Shown here: positions 14,894 through 25,631 of the stretch, piece by piece | Numbering within the stretch: position 1 is the stretch's first letter | How the letters are laid out: every line of letters starts with the position of its first letter | Source of the DNA: Trichlorobacter lovleyi SZ | Lineage (GTDB): Bacteria; Desulfobacterota; Desulfuromonadia; Geobacterales; Pseudopelobacteraceae | Length of the DNA stretch: 32,000 nucleotides | Reading direction: 5' to 3' | Assembly: GCF_000020385.1 (NCBI RefSeq) | Contig: NC_010814.1 | Span: 2,520,001 to 2,552,000, forward strand | Made by a program: the position numbers and the translations under genes | The notes under the pieces: generated by a model | What the model was told of the DNA's origin: nothing | What the model saw: the letters and a program-made list of their open reading frames with translations, nothing else | The model's database searches: none

Positions 14894-15167
14894 CACAAAT
14901 GCCATAACAGCCATAGCAGCGGGTTGGTGAGAGACTTCCTGATCACTTACGCTGCCATGCAGCGCATTTCATACGGACGATTAAGACGCGAAGGGACCGA
15001 ACATGGCAGCAGAAAATAAAAACGACTGCCTTGCTGTAGCCTGTTTTCAACCGAGATGGGATCTCCCATCAGTTTTGCCGGCTTGCAGCTTATTGCCAGA
15101 AATAATAACGGCCCATATACAGACACAAGCTCTGCCTGGACAGGTAATCGCCTGTGTTGAAGAAACT

Positions 15168-15689
15168 CTAAGCGGCACTGCGGGTCAAACGCTTGATCAG
15201 TGCATCATGGTCAGGATACTGCCGTAACAAAACACTGAGGTCAGCCAGTTCAAAATCTGCAAAAGCAAACCCCGGTGAAACCGTGCAGCTGACCAGGCTA
15301 TATTCCCCTGCTCCACTCATCTCGGCTCCGAACCAGGTTCCTGCAGGGACCGTAGCCTGAAAGACCTCTCCTGCTGCGATATCTGCCCCAAGCCTGATTG
15401 CAGAATGGATGCCGTCCGCTGTCAACAGGTGAATGGTCAGCCCTGCACCGCCATGGAAAAACCACAATTCATCGGACTTGATTCTGTGGAGCGCAGAGCA
15501 GTCGCCCTGCTCCAGCAGAAAATAAATGGCGGTACACCAGGAACGCGGACCGTCAAAACATTCCGGCAGGACATTGCCGGGAATTTGTCCGCCGGAGCGG
15601 TAGGTTTCCCGATACCAGCCACCTTCCGGGTGCTGGAAAAGCCCAAGGGCGCTGATCAACGCTGCTGCAGGTCGGTTTGTATCACTCAT
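15168..15689 (-). CDS. Cupin superfamily protein (DUF985 type)
   Basis: LFQHPEGGWYRETYRS...IYFLLEQGDCSALHRIKSDELWFFHGG...YSLVSCTVSPGFAFADFELA. I prefer the ATG at 15689, which has a GGAG RBS. The longest ORF starts at GTG 15713. Confidence 0.75.
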   Translation of the reverse strand: MSDTNRPAAALISALGLFQHPEGGWYRETYRSGGQIPGNVLPECFDGPRSWCTAIYFLLEQGDCSALHRIKSDELWFFHGGAGLTIHLLTADGIHSAIRLGADIAAGEVFQATVPAGTWFGAEMSGAGEYSLVSCTVSPGFAFADFELADLSVLLRQYPDHDALIKRLTRSAA

Positions 15690-15712
15690 AGCAGAACTCC
15701 ATCTATCCGGCA

Positions 15713-16129
15713 CTATTCTCCGATAATCTTGACCAGCACCCGCTTTCTGCGCTTGCCGTCAAACTCACCATAAAAAATCTGCTCCCAAGGCCCCAGGTCA
15801 AGCCTGCCTTCGGTAACCGCCACCACCACTTCACGCCCCATAATCGTGCGTTTCAGGTGGGCATCGCCATTATCTTCATAGCCATTATGACGGTAGCGGG
15901 AATGGGGTTTTTCCGGGGCCAGCTGCTCCAGCCAGCCCTCAAAATCCTGATGCAGGCCGGATTCATCATCATTGATAAACACGCTGGCCGTAATATGCAT
16001 GGCATTGCACAGCAGCAACCCCTCCCGGATGTCGCTCTGTTTCAGGCAGTCTTCTATGGTGGAGGTGATGTTGATAAATGCCCGCCGTGTGGGTGTTTCA
16101 AACCAGAGTTCCTTACGAAATGTCTTCAT
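15713..16129 (-). CDS. yjbQ: YjbQ/UPF0047 family protein (secondary thiamine-phosphate synthase type)
   Basis: [46 protein letters not shown]...[45 protein letters not shown] is a full-length family match. Confidence 0.8.
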   Translation of the reverse strand: MKTFRKELWFETPTRRAFINITSTIEDCLKQSDIREGLLLCNAMHITASVFINDDESGLHQDFEGWLEQLAPEKPHSRYRHNGYEDNGDAHLKRTIMGREVVVAVTEGRLDLGPWEQIFYGEFDGKRRKRVLVKIIGE

Positions 16130-17321
16130 ATGACCTCAACAATCTGATTCGCTGCTGCAGGATAAAGTCAGGTCGATGCTTTGCTCGCATCGCCTCAAGC
16201 TGGTCTTTGTCGATCCCCAGTTGCGCACTGTTCATGGCGGCAATCTCCAGGGCCTGAAACCACTGATCAGGGGTACTGTTGCCCGGTTTGTCAGCGGCTG
16301 ACACAACCGGCAGGATCCGGCTGATACCGGCCTTACAGGCCTGTTCCGCTATCCGCAACCTGGTTGCATCCCGCAATTCTGCCCAGCGGTTCAGGTTGGT
16401 ATGCAGGCGGCTGGTCCAGGCCAGTGCCCTGCCCCACTCTGCTGGTAGACAGAGCTGCTTGCACAGGTTCAGCGCAAGTTTGAATCCGGCCTCATCATGA
16501 CCATGGTGTTTTGGATACAGGGCCGGATCAGTGGACAGTTTGCCGATATCATGAAAAAAAGCACAGAAACGGGTCAGGGGATCAGGAGTTACCGCTGCAA
16601 CCCGTTGCAATACCTGCAGGCAATGGGTCAACAGATCCCCTTCAGGATGATGCTGCAGCGGCCCGGCGGGGATATCCGGCATCCTGAACAGTTCCGGCAG
16701 CCAGTCGGTTCCAAGCCTGTACTGAATCATCAGCTCAAAAAAACGCTCCGCCCGGTTTGCTGCCAGAGCCTTGATCATCTCGCGGCTGAACCGTTCAACC
16801 GGCAGGCAAGCCAGTTGGGCAGACCAATCCTGCTGTTGGATCAACTGCGCCGTTTCAGGAACCATCCGCCAGCCATCAGCCACAAAGCGTATACCACGGA
16901 TAATCCGTAGCGGGTCTTCGGCAAAACTCCGGCCTGAGCAGAGCCGCAGCAGCCGCTGCTGCAGGTCATGCTGGCCGTTCAAGGGATCATACAGCCTGCC
17001 GCTTAAGCTTAAGGCAATGGCATTGATGGTGAAATCACGACAGCTCAGATCAGCATCAAGTTGGCAAAGATCATCAAGCCGGATCAGTTCCAGCTTACCC
17101 AGCTGAGCATCATGATGAAACCAGACCGGCCTGGTGGTCTTGCCTGCAACCAGCCGAAAGCCGAGCAACGGCAGCAGCTCCTCAGGCAAGACGGCGATCA
17201 GGTCATAATCACTGGCAGGCTGCTGCAACAAAAAATCCCGCACCGTACCGCCAACCATAAGAATCAGGTCATGGTACTGCTGCGGGAAGAACTGTTGCAG
17301 GGGATGCTGCAGGGTATTCAT
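16113..17321 (-). CDS. cca: CCA-adding tRNA nucleotidyltransferase with HD domain
   Basis: It has the GGTVRDFLL...DYDL polymerase-beta head motif, the RDFTINA motif, and an HD domain (FFHDIGK...HHGHDEAG). Confidence 0.8.
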   Translation of the reverse strand: MNTLQHPLQQFFPQQYHDLILMVGGTVRDFLLQQPASDYDLIAVLPEELLPLLGFRLVAGKTTRPVWFHHDAQLGKLELIRLDDLCQLDADLSCRDFTINAIALSLSGRLYDPLNGQHDLQQRLLRLCSGRSFAEDPLRIIRGIRFVADGWRMVPETAQLIQQQDWSAQLACLPVERFSREMIKALAANRAERFFELMIQYRLGTDWLPELFRMPDIPAGPLQHHPEGDLLTHCLQVLQRVAAVTPDPLTRFCAFFHDIGKLSTDPALYPKHHGHDEAGFKLALNLCKQLCLPAEWGRALAWTSRLHTNLNRWAELRDATRLRIAEQACKAGISRILPVVSAADKPGNSTPDQWFQALEIAAMNSAQLGIDKDQLEAMRAKHRPDFILQQRIRLLRSYEDIS

Positions 17322-18235
17322 GCGAAATATCCGGAAATGACCTTCCGGGCCCCTGCAACCGGGTCACCTGCCCCATCCAGCCAATGGATAGTCACGCCGT
17401 TGCGTTCCATCCTGCGGAACCAGGTTTCCTGGCGTTTGGCAAAATCATGGATAGCGGCATTCAGTTTCTGGAACAGATCATTGCGGTTCAGCTCCCCCCG
17501 CAGGAATAGCCCGCCATAACGGTACTCCAGACCATAGTAGTCCAGGCGTTCCCAGGCTACCCCGCCGGTATGCAGCTGCTGAATCTCATCAAGCATGCCT
17601 GCCTCAAGCCGCTGACGCAGACGCTGGGTGATCCTACGACGCAGTTCCGCCCTGTCCCAGCGAATGCCCAGTACCAGAGGTTGAATAGCAGGAAACGGCT
17701 CCTGTTCTTCCTGCTCATCCGGTTGATAGCTGGCGATCTCAATGGCACGGATTGTACGGTTTCGGTCAGCAAGGTCTGTTCTGTTATGCTGGTCAGGCAC
17801 CAGATGCAAGAGGATCGCTGCCAGTTCGGTGTCGCTTTTATTTGCCAGCTCTGTCCGCAGCCGGGGATTTTCAGGCACCTCAACCATCCGGTAGCCCCGC
17901 AGCGCCGCATCCAGATACAGGCCGGTGCCACCGCATAAAATCGGTAGCTGACCACGGGCGGATATATCTTGAAACGCTCGCAGAAACAGACGCTGAAAGG
18001 TAAATACGCTGCACTCCTGCCCCGGTTCCAGAACATCAATCAGGTGGTACGGGACAGCGCCATATTCGTGCAGGTCTTTTCCGGTGCCGATATCCATCCG
18101 CCTGAAGACCTGGCGGGAATCAGCGGAAATAATCTCTCCGGACAGTTCCCGGGCCAACGAGACAGCAAGACGGGTCTTGCCGGAAGCGGTGGGGCCGAGG
18201 ATGGTTAACAGGTTACAGGAGGATGATGGTTTCAC
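17318..18235 (-). CDS. miaA: tRNA dimethylallyltransferase
   Basis: ILGPTASGKTRLAVSLA...IISADSRQVFRRMDIGTGK gives a P-loop plus the MiaA signature. It has an ATGA overlap with cca. Confidence 0.9.
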   Translation of the reverse strand: MKPSSSCNLLTILGPTASGKTRLAVSLARELSGEIISADSRQVFRRMDIGTGKDLHEYGAVPYHLIDVLEPGQECSVFTFQRLFLRAFQDISARGQLPILCGGTGLYLDAALRGYRMVEVPENPRLRTELANKSDTELAAILLHLVPDQHNRTDLADRNRTIRAIEIASYQPDEQEEQEPFPAIQPLVLGIRWDRAELRRRITQRLRQRLEAGMLDEIQQLHTGGVAWERLDYYGLEYRYGGLFLRGELNRNDLFQKLNAAIHDFAKRQETWFRRMERNGVTIHWLDGAGDPVAGARKVISGYFA

Positions 18236-18247
18236 AGGTAATCCTGA

Positions 18248-18679
18248 CTACTTCTGCACATCCAGCAGTTCAACATCAAACAACAGGGTGGCATTGGGCG
18301 GTATCACGCCACCTGCACCTCGGGCGCCATAGCCCAGATTGGCAGGGATAACCAGTTTCCGCTTGCCGCCAACCTTCATGCCCATCACCCCTTCATCCCA
18401 GCCCTTGATGACCTGCCCGATGCCGATGATGAAGCTGAACGGCTGCCTGCGGTCCACCGAGCTGTCAAACCTGGTGCCGTTCTCCAGCGTACCGGTGTAG
18501 TGTACCTTAACCTGCCTGCCCCTGGTCGGTGAGGCCCCTTTACCCACCACAACATCAACATACCTGAGTCCTGAATCGGTCGTTGTCATCTTGTTCACCT
18601 TTGTTTCCGCAGCATGCACCGGCATTGCACAGAAAATTGCAAGTGCCACGACACTGCACATTTTGATCAGGTTACGCAT
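18248..18679 (-). CDS. Secreted FKBP-type peptidyl-prolyl isomerase
   Basis: It has a signal peptide (MRNLIKMCSVVALAIFCAMPVHAAE) followed by the FKBP core: GLRYVDVVVGKG...VHYTGTLENGTRFDSS...FIIGIGQVIKGWDEGVMGMKVGGKRKLVIPANLGYG...LLFDVELL. Confidence 0.85.
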   Translation of the reverse strand: MRNLIKMCSVVALAIFCAMPVHAAETKVNKMTTTDSGLRYVDVVVGKGASPTRGRQVKVHYTGTLENGTRFDSSVDRRQPFSFIIGIGQVIKGWDEGVMGMKVGGKRKLVIPANLGYGARGAGGVIPPNATLLFDVELLDVQK

Positions 18680-18730
18680 CTGAACCGCCTTTCGATAGGT
18701 TGTCTGAACACCAGCCACTGCCGGGTTGTT

Positions 18731-19075
18731 TTAATAGGGCCGCAACTGTTCACCGGCGCCGATATGCCAGTGCAGGTGCTTGGATGACTGGTAGGTACCC
18801 AGGTTGGTATAGACCCGGCAGGCCCCGAAACGGGCCATAAAATCAGCGGCAATCAGCTTGGCCGTCCGCATCAGTTCCAGCAGCAGCTCATTGTCAGACT
18901 CTTCAAGGCTGATCAATGACTCAATATGCCTTTTCGGGAGCAACACCACATGATGCTCCCAGAGCGGGTTGGTGTGATAAAAGGCAAAGACCCGGTCATT
19001 CTGGAGGTAAACCGGCACCTCCAGCAGCCCTTTCAGGATCTTGTCGCAATAGAAGTCACAGATTGTATCTGACAT
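18731..19075 (-). CDS. HIT (histidine triad) family protein
   Basis: HHVVLLPKRHI and the terminal HLHWHI histidine triad. Confidence 0.8.
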   Translation of the reverse strand: MSDTICDFYCDKILKGLLEVPVYLQNDRVFAFYHTNPLWEHHVVLLPKRHIESLISLEESDNELLLELMRTAKLIAADFMARFGACRVYTNLGTYQSSKHLHWHIGAGEQLRPY

Positions 19076-19116
19076 GGCAGCCTGCTTTAACGTGGTATAT
19101 GCTCAACAGTAACGGT

Positions 19117-19704
19117 TCAATCTCTCATAGAACGCAGCTGCTGATCAACAAAACTGAACAGATCCGGCGTAAAGGCTTGAAAATCCTGCTGCAGGGTTGC
19201 ATGGTGCAGACTGAGCTCAATCTCGCAGCCGGCCAGCGGATTCGGACGGGCAATCCGGCGCGACATACGGGCAAACGCCCTGCCGATCCCCTCCCGGGTG
19301 CCGTAGGAAGGCAGCAGTTCATTGAATATCACCGCCAGCAACGGCTGCAGTTCCGGCGGCAGGGTCTGCTGATTGCCTTCAATCACCGTCCGTGTCCTGA
19401 CAAGGAAGGCACCAAACGGTTCATCTGTCCAGGCAGACCAGCTGTTCACCAGAAAATAGTCGTAGAACAGATCAACCATGATGCCGCGGTACAGGCCATA
19501 CTGCGGCGAGAGTGAGTAACGGCTCTGTCTGAAAAGCCGGTGCTGTTCTGCAAAGGAATCTATCCGGCGGTGCAGCTGCACCCCCTGACGGATGCGGGGA
19601 GGAAAGCGGTCCCGCAGACTGCCTTTGACAAAGTCGCCCATGAAGTTGCCGATCAACAGCTGATCGTCATCACCCGACAGGAGCATATGGAACAGAAAGT
19701 TCAT
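19117..19704 (-). CDS. acpH: Acyl carrier protein phosphodiesterase
   Basis: The N-terminus MNFLFHMLLSGDDDQLLIGNFMGDFVKG parallels E. coli AcpH (MNFLAHLHLA...GNLLADFVRG). The length of about 195 aa is also typical. Confidence 0.75.
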   Translation of the reverse strand: MNFLFHMLLSGDDDQLLIGNFMGDFVKGSLRDRFPPRIRQGVQLHRRIDSFAEQHRLFRQSRYSLSPQYGLYRGIMVDLFYDYFLVNSWSAWTDEPFGAFLVRTRTVIEGNQQTLPPELQPLLAVIFNELLPSYGTREGIGRAFARMSRRIARPNPLAGCEIELSLHHATLQQDFQAFTPDLFSFVDQQLRSMRD

Positions 19705-19819
19705 CCTCTTCCCCCAACGTCAAGGCATTCCCCGCACCGCTAACGCCCTGTTGCCTAACCGGATGCAGAGATGTAGAGTGTACTGCAGTTGTTGCTGATT
19801 CATAACCGGGGGTGACCAG

Positions 19820-20863
19820 ATGACCACACCACGCGAAACATCGCTCTACAAGACTCTGCCACTTGCGTCAGACCTGAAGGCCCGCCGCCGCTATATGATT
19901 GTCGATGAGCCGATTGTGGGCAACTTCAGGTTCGGCCTGCTACTGGAAGACCTGGATATCATGGCCGAGCAGGCAGCGCTGGGTTATGCCCGCAGCATTC
20001 ATCCTGATGCCAAGGTGGTGACCGCTGCCATCGACAATATCATTGTACGTCATGTGGTTGACAATGATCGTGATATCCGGATTGATGCCCGTATCAACCA
20101 TGTCGGCAGGTCATCCATGGTAGTGGGGATGCGGGTCGAGCATACCGGCGATCCGGCCACCCATATCGCTTCCTGCTACTTTACCATGGTGGCCAGAGGT
20201 GGTGAATCTGCCGAGGAAAGCAGGGTGCTGCCGCCACTGGAATACCGGGATGAGCTGGAAAAACACCGGGCAGAAAAATCCATGCAGGAGCGGGAACAGT
20301 ACCGTCAGCAGCAGGCAGCCCAGCAGGAGCCTCCCAGCCGCGAGGAGTATGAACTGCTGCACCAGCTTCATACCGCCCAGGACCAGCCCGGTTTCAACGG
20401 AATCAAGGCAGATAGTCTGGTGGTGGAATCCTGGGAGCGGATGTACCCTGAACAGGAGTATGTACCCCACAGGATCTTTGGCGGCTACATCATCCGCAGG
20501 GCCTATGAACTGTCCTCCATGTGTGCCGAACTGATTGCGCCTGACCGGGCCTTGATTGCCGCGGTCAACCGGATCAACTTCTTCCATCCGGTCAGGCTGG
20601 GGGACAAGCTGCACTATACCTGCCGGGTGGTCTACACCTGCGACAGCTTTGTCTGTGTTGAGGCCGGCATCGAGCGGATCAGCCGCGACCGCAACAGCAA
20701 GGCGCTTTCAAACTCCTGCCTGTTCACCTTTGTCAACGTAGACAGCACATTGCAGCATCAACCGGTTCCCGGCATCTATCCCACCACCTATGCCGAAGAT
20801 GCCCGCTATCTGGCAGCCTTTCGCAGCCACAGGGCGATGGTGAAACATTATGACCTGATCTGA
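19820..20863 (+). CDS. Acyl-CoA thioesterase with tandem hotdog domains
   Basis: Two hotdog-like halves (GLLLEDLDIMAEQAA...VTAAIDNI...GRSSMVVGMRV and HRIFGGYIIRRAYELSS...VNRINFFHPVRLGDKL) are separated by a charged linker. Confidence 0.6.
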   Translation: MTTPRETSLYKTLPLASDLKARRRYMIVDEPIVGNFRFGLLLEDLDIMAEQAALGYARSIHPDAKVVTAAIDNIIVRHVVDNDRDIRIDARINHVGRSSMVVGMRVEHTGDPATHIASCYFTMVARGGESAEESRVLPPLEYRDELEKHRAEKSMQEREQYRQQQAAQQEPPSREEYELLHQLHTAQDQPGFNGIKADSLVVESWERMYPEQEYVPHRIFGGYIIRRAYELSSMCAELIAPDRALIAAVNRINFFHPVRLGDKLHYTCRVVYTCDSFVCVEAGIERISRDRNSKALSNSCLFTFVNVDSTLQHQPVPGIYPTTYAEDARYLAAFRSHRAMVKHYDLI

Positions 20864-20868
20864 GGCTC

Positions 20869-22035
20869 CTAGTGAGCTGTTTGCCCGACCGGTGCAACAC
20901 GGGAGGGCAGCCTGATAAACTGGGCCAGCACCAGGGAGACCACGCCCAGTGCCGCCCCCATGATGAACGGTATCCGGTAGTCAAGCATCCAGAGATAGCC
21001 TCCCAGAGCCGGCAGGAAGACGGCAGCGACATGGTTGATGGTGAAACCGACCGCCGAGGTTGGCGCAATATCTGCCGGATCGGCAATCTTCTGGAAGTAG
21101 GTGCGGATCGCCACGGCAAAGTTGAACAGGATATAGTCGACGATATACATCCCGGCCACCACCCAGCGTGAAGAGGCATAGGCATAGGTTAAAAAGACCA
21201 GAATCACACCGGCATACTCAATCGTGCAGAGGGTTCGCTCACCAAAGGCGTTGATGGCCCGGCCGATCATCGGATTGATGATCCAGTTGATCAGGTTGTT
21301 GATGATAAACAGCACCGTGATGGCCTGCACGGAAAAATGAAAGACCTTGACCAGCAGGAACATGGAGAAGACCATGTAGATCTGGCGCCGGGCTCCGGAC
21401 ATGAAGGTCAGGGCATAGTAAAGCCAGTAGCGCCGCTTCAGAAACATCCGCAGTTTTTGGGGCGGCACATCAGCATGGCTGGGGTCTTGAAAGACCGCCC
21501 AGAGACCGGCCAGGGCAACCACGCTCCCCACCACCAGAAACATGCCGCGGTAATCCAGCACAAAGCCCATACCCCAGATTGCAGCAGCAGAGATGATGCT
21601 GGTAATGGCAGCCAGACTGCGCAGCTTACCCATCACTAACGGAGACTGGTGGGTTGAAAAGTATTGCAGGGTCAGGGATTGGTTAACGGTTTCATAGTAA
21701 TGGAAGCCGAAGCTCATCAGTAGTGTGGTCAGCGCCACACCGCTGAAGCTGGGAAAAAAACCGGTCAGGGCAACACCGATCCCCAGCAGGATGACCGACA
21801 GGGACGCCAGCCGGTGTTCTCTGATCACCAGCATCACATAAATCGCTGTTAACGCCAGAAAGCCGGGGATCTCACGGATCGACTGGGTCAAACCGACCTG
21901 AAGCCCGTCAAGGTGCACCGTCTCGACGGCAAAGTTGTTGAACAGCATGGTGTAGCCCTGCATCCCCGCCATGGAGGCTGCAGTCAGGATGGCCAGAAAA
22001 CTGAACATCTGCTTATTGGTAGAAGTGGTAAGCAT
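20869..22035 (-). CDS. MFS-type transporter (about 12 TM)
   Basis: The protein is hydrophobic throughout with a repeated 6+6 TM pattern. The longest ORF begins at a TTG (22080), so I prefer the ATG at 22035 (MLTTSTNKQMFSF...). The substrate is unknown. Confidence 0.6.
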   Translation of the reverse strand: MLTTSTNKQMFSFLAILTAASMAGMQGYTMLFNNFAVETVHLDGLQVGLTQSIREIPGFLALTAIYVMLVIREHRLASLSVILLGIGVALTGFFPSFSGVALTTLLMSFGFHYYETVNQSLTLQYFSTHQSPLVMGKLRSLAAITSIISAAAIWGMGFVLDYRGMFLVVGSVVALAGLWAVFQDPSHADVPPQKLRMFLKRRYWLYYALTFMSGARRQIYMVFSMFLLVKVFHFSVQAITVLFIINNLINWIINPMIGRAINAFGERTLCTIEYAGVILVFLTYAYASSRWVVAGMYIVDYILFNFAVAIRTYFQKIADPADIAPTSAVGFTINHVAAVFLPALGGYLWMLDYRIPFIMGAALGVVSLVLAQFIRLPSRVAPVGQTAH

Positions 22036-22193
22036 TGTTACAGCAGGTCTTTCATCAGTATTCCCCTTATCTGGAGCCAAATTATCTACGCACTGTAGAA
22101 CAACTGGCTACATCAGGCAACAGTATCTGCCGGACCGGGCTGATTTGCAATCATGTCTACTCCTGTGCTATGCATGGGGCAAGGGAGAAAGGC

Positions 22194-22958
22194 ATGCATA
22201 ATCAGCTGCAACAAACCGTCAATGCCCGTTATCACGAACTTGACCCGCACAACCGGGTACGCCTGCCCGTCATTTTTGCCTGGCTGCAGGAGGTTGGTGC
22301 TGAGCATGCCCTGCAGCTGGGGGTAGGGCTCAAGGACCTGAAAAAACTGGGCTTAACCTGGGTGCTGTCCCGGTTGACCCTTGAGCTGCAGCGTCCGATA
22401 CGCGGCACCGAGCAGGTAACGGTCACGACCTGGCCGGTTACCCGCGAGGGACGGTTTTCAATCCGGGATTACCTGTTGACTGATCAGCAGGGAAAAGACA
22501 TTGGCCGGGCAACCAGCTCATGGGCTGCAATCAACCTGAAGAGCCGCCGCCCGGTCAAGATTGATGAGCATCTGCCGCACTACCCGCTGCACCCGTTACG
22601 GGCTTTGGATGACCCCTTTGACACGCTGCCGGCGCTCGAGCAGTGCCGGACCATGCTGCAACTACCGGTTTTACGGGCTGACCTTGACATGAACAACCAT
22701 GTCAACAACACGGTCTATCCGGGCTGGGCACTGGAGGCGGTGCCGGAAGAGCTGTTCAGCCGGTCCGTACCGCTTCTGATTGAAATCGGGTTCCGCTCCG
22801 AAGCGCTCTACGGTGACAGCATACGCAGCTGCTGTGCCCCCCTCGGGACCGACCCACGGGTTCTGCTTCACAGGATTGAATCGGTAAAGGACGGCACGGA
22901 ATTGTGCCGGCTGCGTACAACCTGGCAGCCTGTTGCCCCACGGAGGCAGTCTGAATAG
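22194..22958 (+). CDS. Acyl-ACP thioesterase (FatA/FatB-like)
   Basis: ATG at 22194 follows a GGGAGAAAGG RBS. ARYHELDPHNRVRLPVIFAWLQEVGAEHA...LGLTWVLSRLTLELQRP...VTTWP...DLDMNNHVNNTVY gives the two-hotdog acyl-ACP thioesterase pattern, about 254 aa. Confidence 0.7.
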   Translation: MHNQLQQTVNARYHELDPHNRVRLPVIFAWLQEVGAEHALQLGVGLKDLKKLGLTWVLSRLTLELQRPIRGTEQVTVTTWPVTREGRFSIRDYLLTDQQGKDIGRATSSWAAINLKSRRPVKIDEHLPHYPLHPLRALDDPFDTLPALEQCRTMLQLPVLRADLDMNNHVNNTVYPGWALEAVPEELFSRSVPLLIEIGFRSEALYGDSIRSCCAPLGTDPRVLLHRIESVKDGTELCRLRTTWQPVAPRRQSE

Positions 22959-22982
22959 CCGTCGCTGACTGAACAAACGAGA

Positions 22983-23010
22983 AGAGGCCCGCTCTGTTAC
23001 GCGGGCCTCT
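22983..23010 (+). terminator. Terminator-like GC hairpin after the acyl-ACP thioesterase gene
   Basis: AGAGGCCCGC-tctgttac-GCGGGCCTCT forms a 10-bp perfect stem. The trailing sequence GGTTGT is only weakly U-rich. A second hairpin, CAGGCTA-aactga-TAGCCTG, follows about 50 nt later. Confidence 0.5.
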
Positions 23011-23327
23011 GGTTGTACCTCTATCTATGCACCATGTCCATGGTATGCAGGCTAAACTGATAGCCTGTTGGTTTCCTTCATATGTTGCCCAAACAGCCAG
23101 GCGGCGTATCTTCCATAGTGATTCCTCCATAAAACCAGCATGTACTGCGAGGAAACAATCACATACCCTCTTTTACTTCTCCCTCTCTTGCTTCTCCTTC
23201 TGGTACTTTGTTTCCAGGTAGCGCTACCTTGATTTCAAGATACCTTTTCCCGACAAATAAAACAGTCTGTTTTTTATTTTTTTTGCGGCGTATAGTGAGC
23301 AGGTATGCTTTCCGGCCGATCCATCAA

Positions 23328-23534
23328 TCAGCGGCCGGTTTTCCCATGACGTAACGGGGCAAACAGATATTCCAACCCGTTTACCTTGATTGCATGAACC
23401 GTCTGCAACATCCTGCCCAAGCGTCCTTCAGGAAATCCATTATTGGCAAACCAGACCACATAGCGTTCCGGCAGATCGATCAATAACCGCCCCTGATACT
23501 TGCCGAACGGCATCCTCATCTCTGCCAGCGCCAT
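23328..23534 (-). CDS. DUF3820 family protein
   Basis: MALAEMRMPFGKYQGRLLIDLPERYVVWFANNGFPEGRLGRML... is the typical DUF3820 core. ATG at 23534 has a GGAAGAG RBS. The longer ORF would need a TTG start at 23603. Confidence 0.7.
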   Translation of the reverse strand: MALAEMRMPFGKYQGRLLIDLPERYVVWFANNGFPEGRLGRMLQTVHAIKVNGLEYLFAPLRHGKTGR

Positions 23535-23609
23535 CAACTCTTCCGGATCAGCAGTCGCCTCATGACAGGGCTGCAGTGGATCATAGCAAGCGGGGGTGCC
23601 CAAGCCGGC

Positions 23610-25402
<1,793 letters not shown>

Positions 25403-25430
25403 GGCAGGCTGGGTACCACGGAGCAGGCAG

Positions 25431-25467
25431 CCTTGTCAACCGGATCGACCACCACAGGTTGACAAGG
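25431..25467. promoter_or_regulatory. BirA-type biotin operator
   Basis: CCTTGTCAACC-N15-GGTTGACAAGG is a perfect 11-bp inverted repeat, 29 nt upstream of the bioB start. It fits the published BirA site pattern TGT(A/T)AACC-N14-16-GGTT(A/T)ACA apart from C/G at the central A/T position. Confidence 0.7.
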
Positions 25468-25522
25468 CAGACAGGCTGATTCACCCAATGCGTTAAATTT
25501 GTATAATAATTCAGTTGAATGA

Positions 25523-25550
25523 TTGACGTGCAAAAAACTTGGACTATACT
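25523..25550 (+). promoter_or_regulatory. Candidate sigma70 promoter for the 25632 gene
   Basis: TTGACG (25523-25528), a 16-nt spacer and TATACT (25545-25550). A perfect TATAAT also occurs at 25502-25507. Confidence 0.5.
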
Positions 25551-25631
25551 TTTCCCGAACGCAGGCTCAGGCAGCAGATAGTACATTCACCACCATTCCG
25601 CCGCTTCAACGGCACACCACAGGAGGAAGAC

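Noticed and set aside
15003-15040. The plus-strand stretch GCAGCAGAAAATAAAAACGACTGCCTTGCTGTAGCC reads A-E-N-K-N-D-C-L-A-V-A. This resembles a tmRNA tag peptide.
   Set aside because: No stop codon follows the LAVA-like end in that frame. There is no GGGG...tRNA-like 5' end and no GGTTCGA...CCA 3' end nearby on either strand.
14722-15167. The size and position of the non-coding stretch suggested RNase P RNA, 6S RNA or SRP RNA.
   Set aside because: The conserved RNase P P4 strings (GGAAAGUCCGGGC / ACAGAA-CCGGCUUA) and the SRP GGAA-containing domain IV motif are absent on both strands. No long end-to-end 6S-type pairing is seen. The only family-level match is the GEMM-I aptamer, reported separately.
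22756-23130. A 124-aa minus-strand ORF.
   Set aside because: Its 3' two-thirds are antisense to the well-supported acyl-ACP thioesterase gene. It also reads through both terminator hairpins and has no family features.
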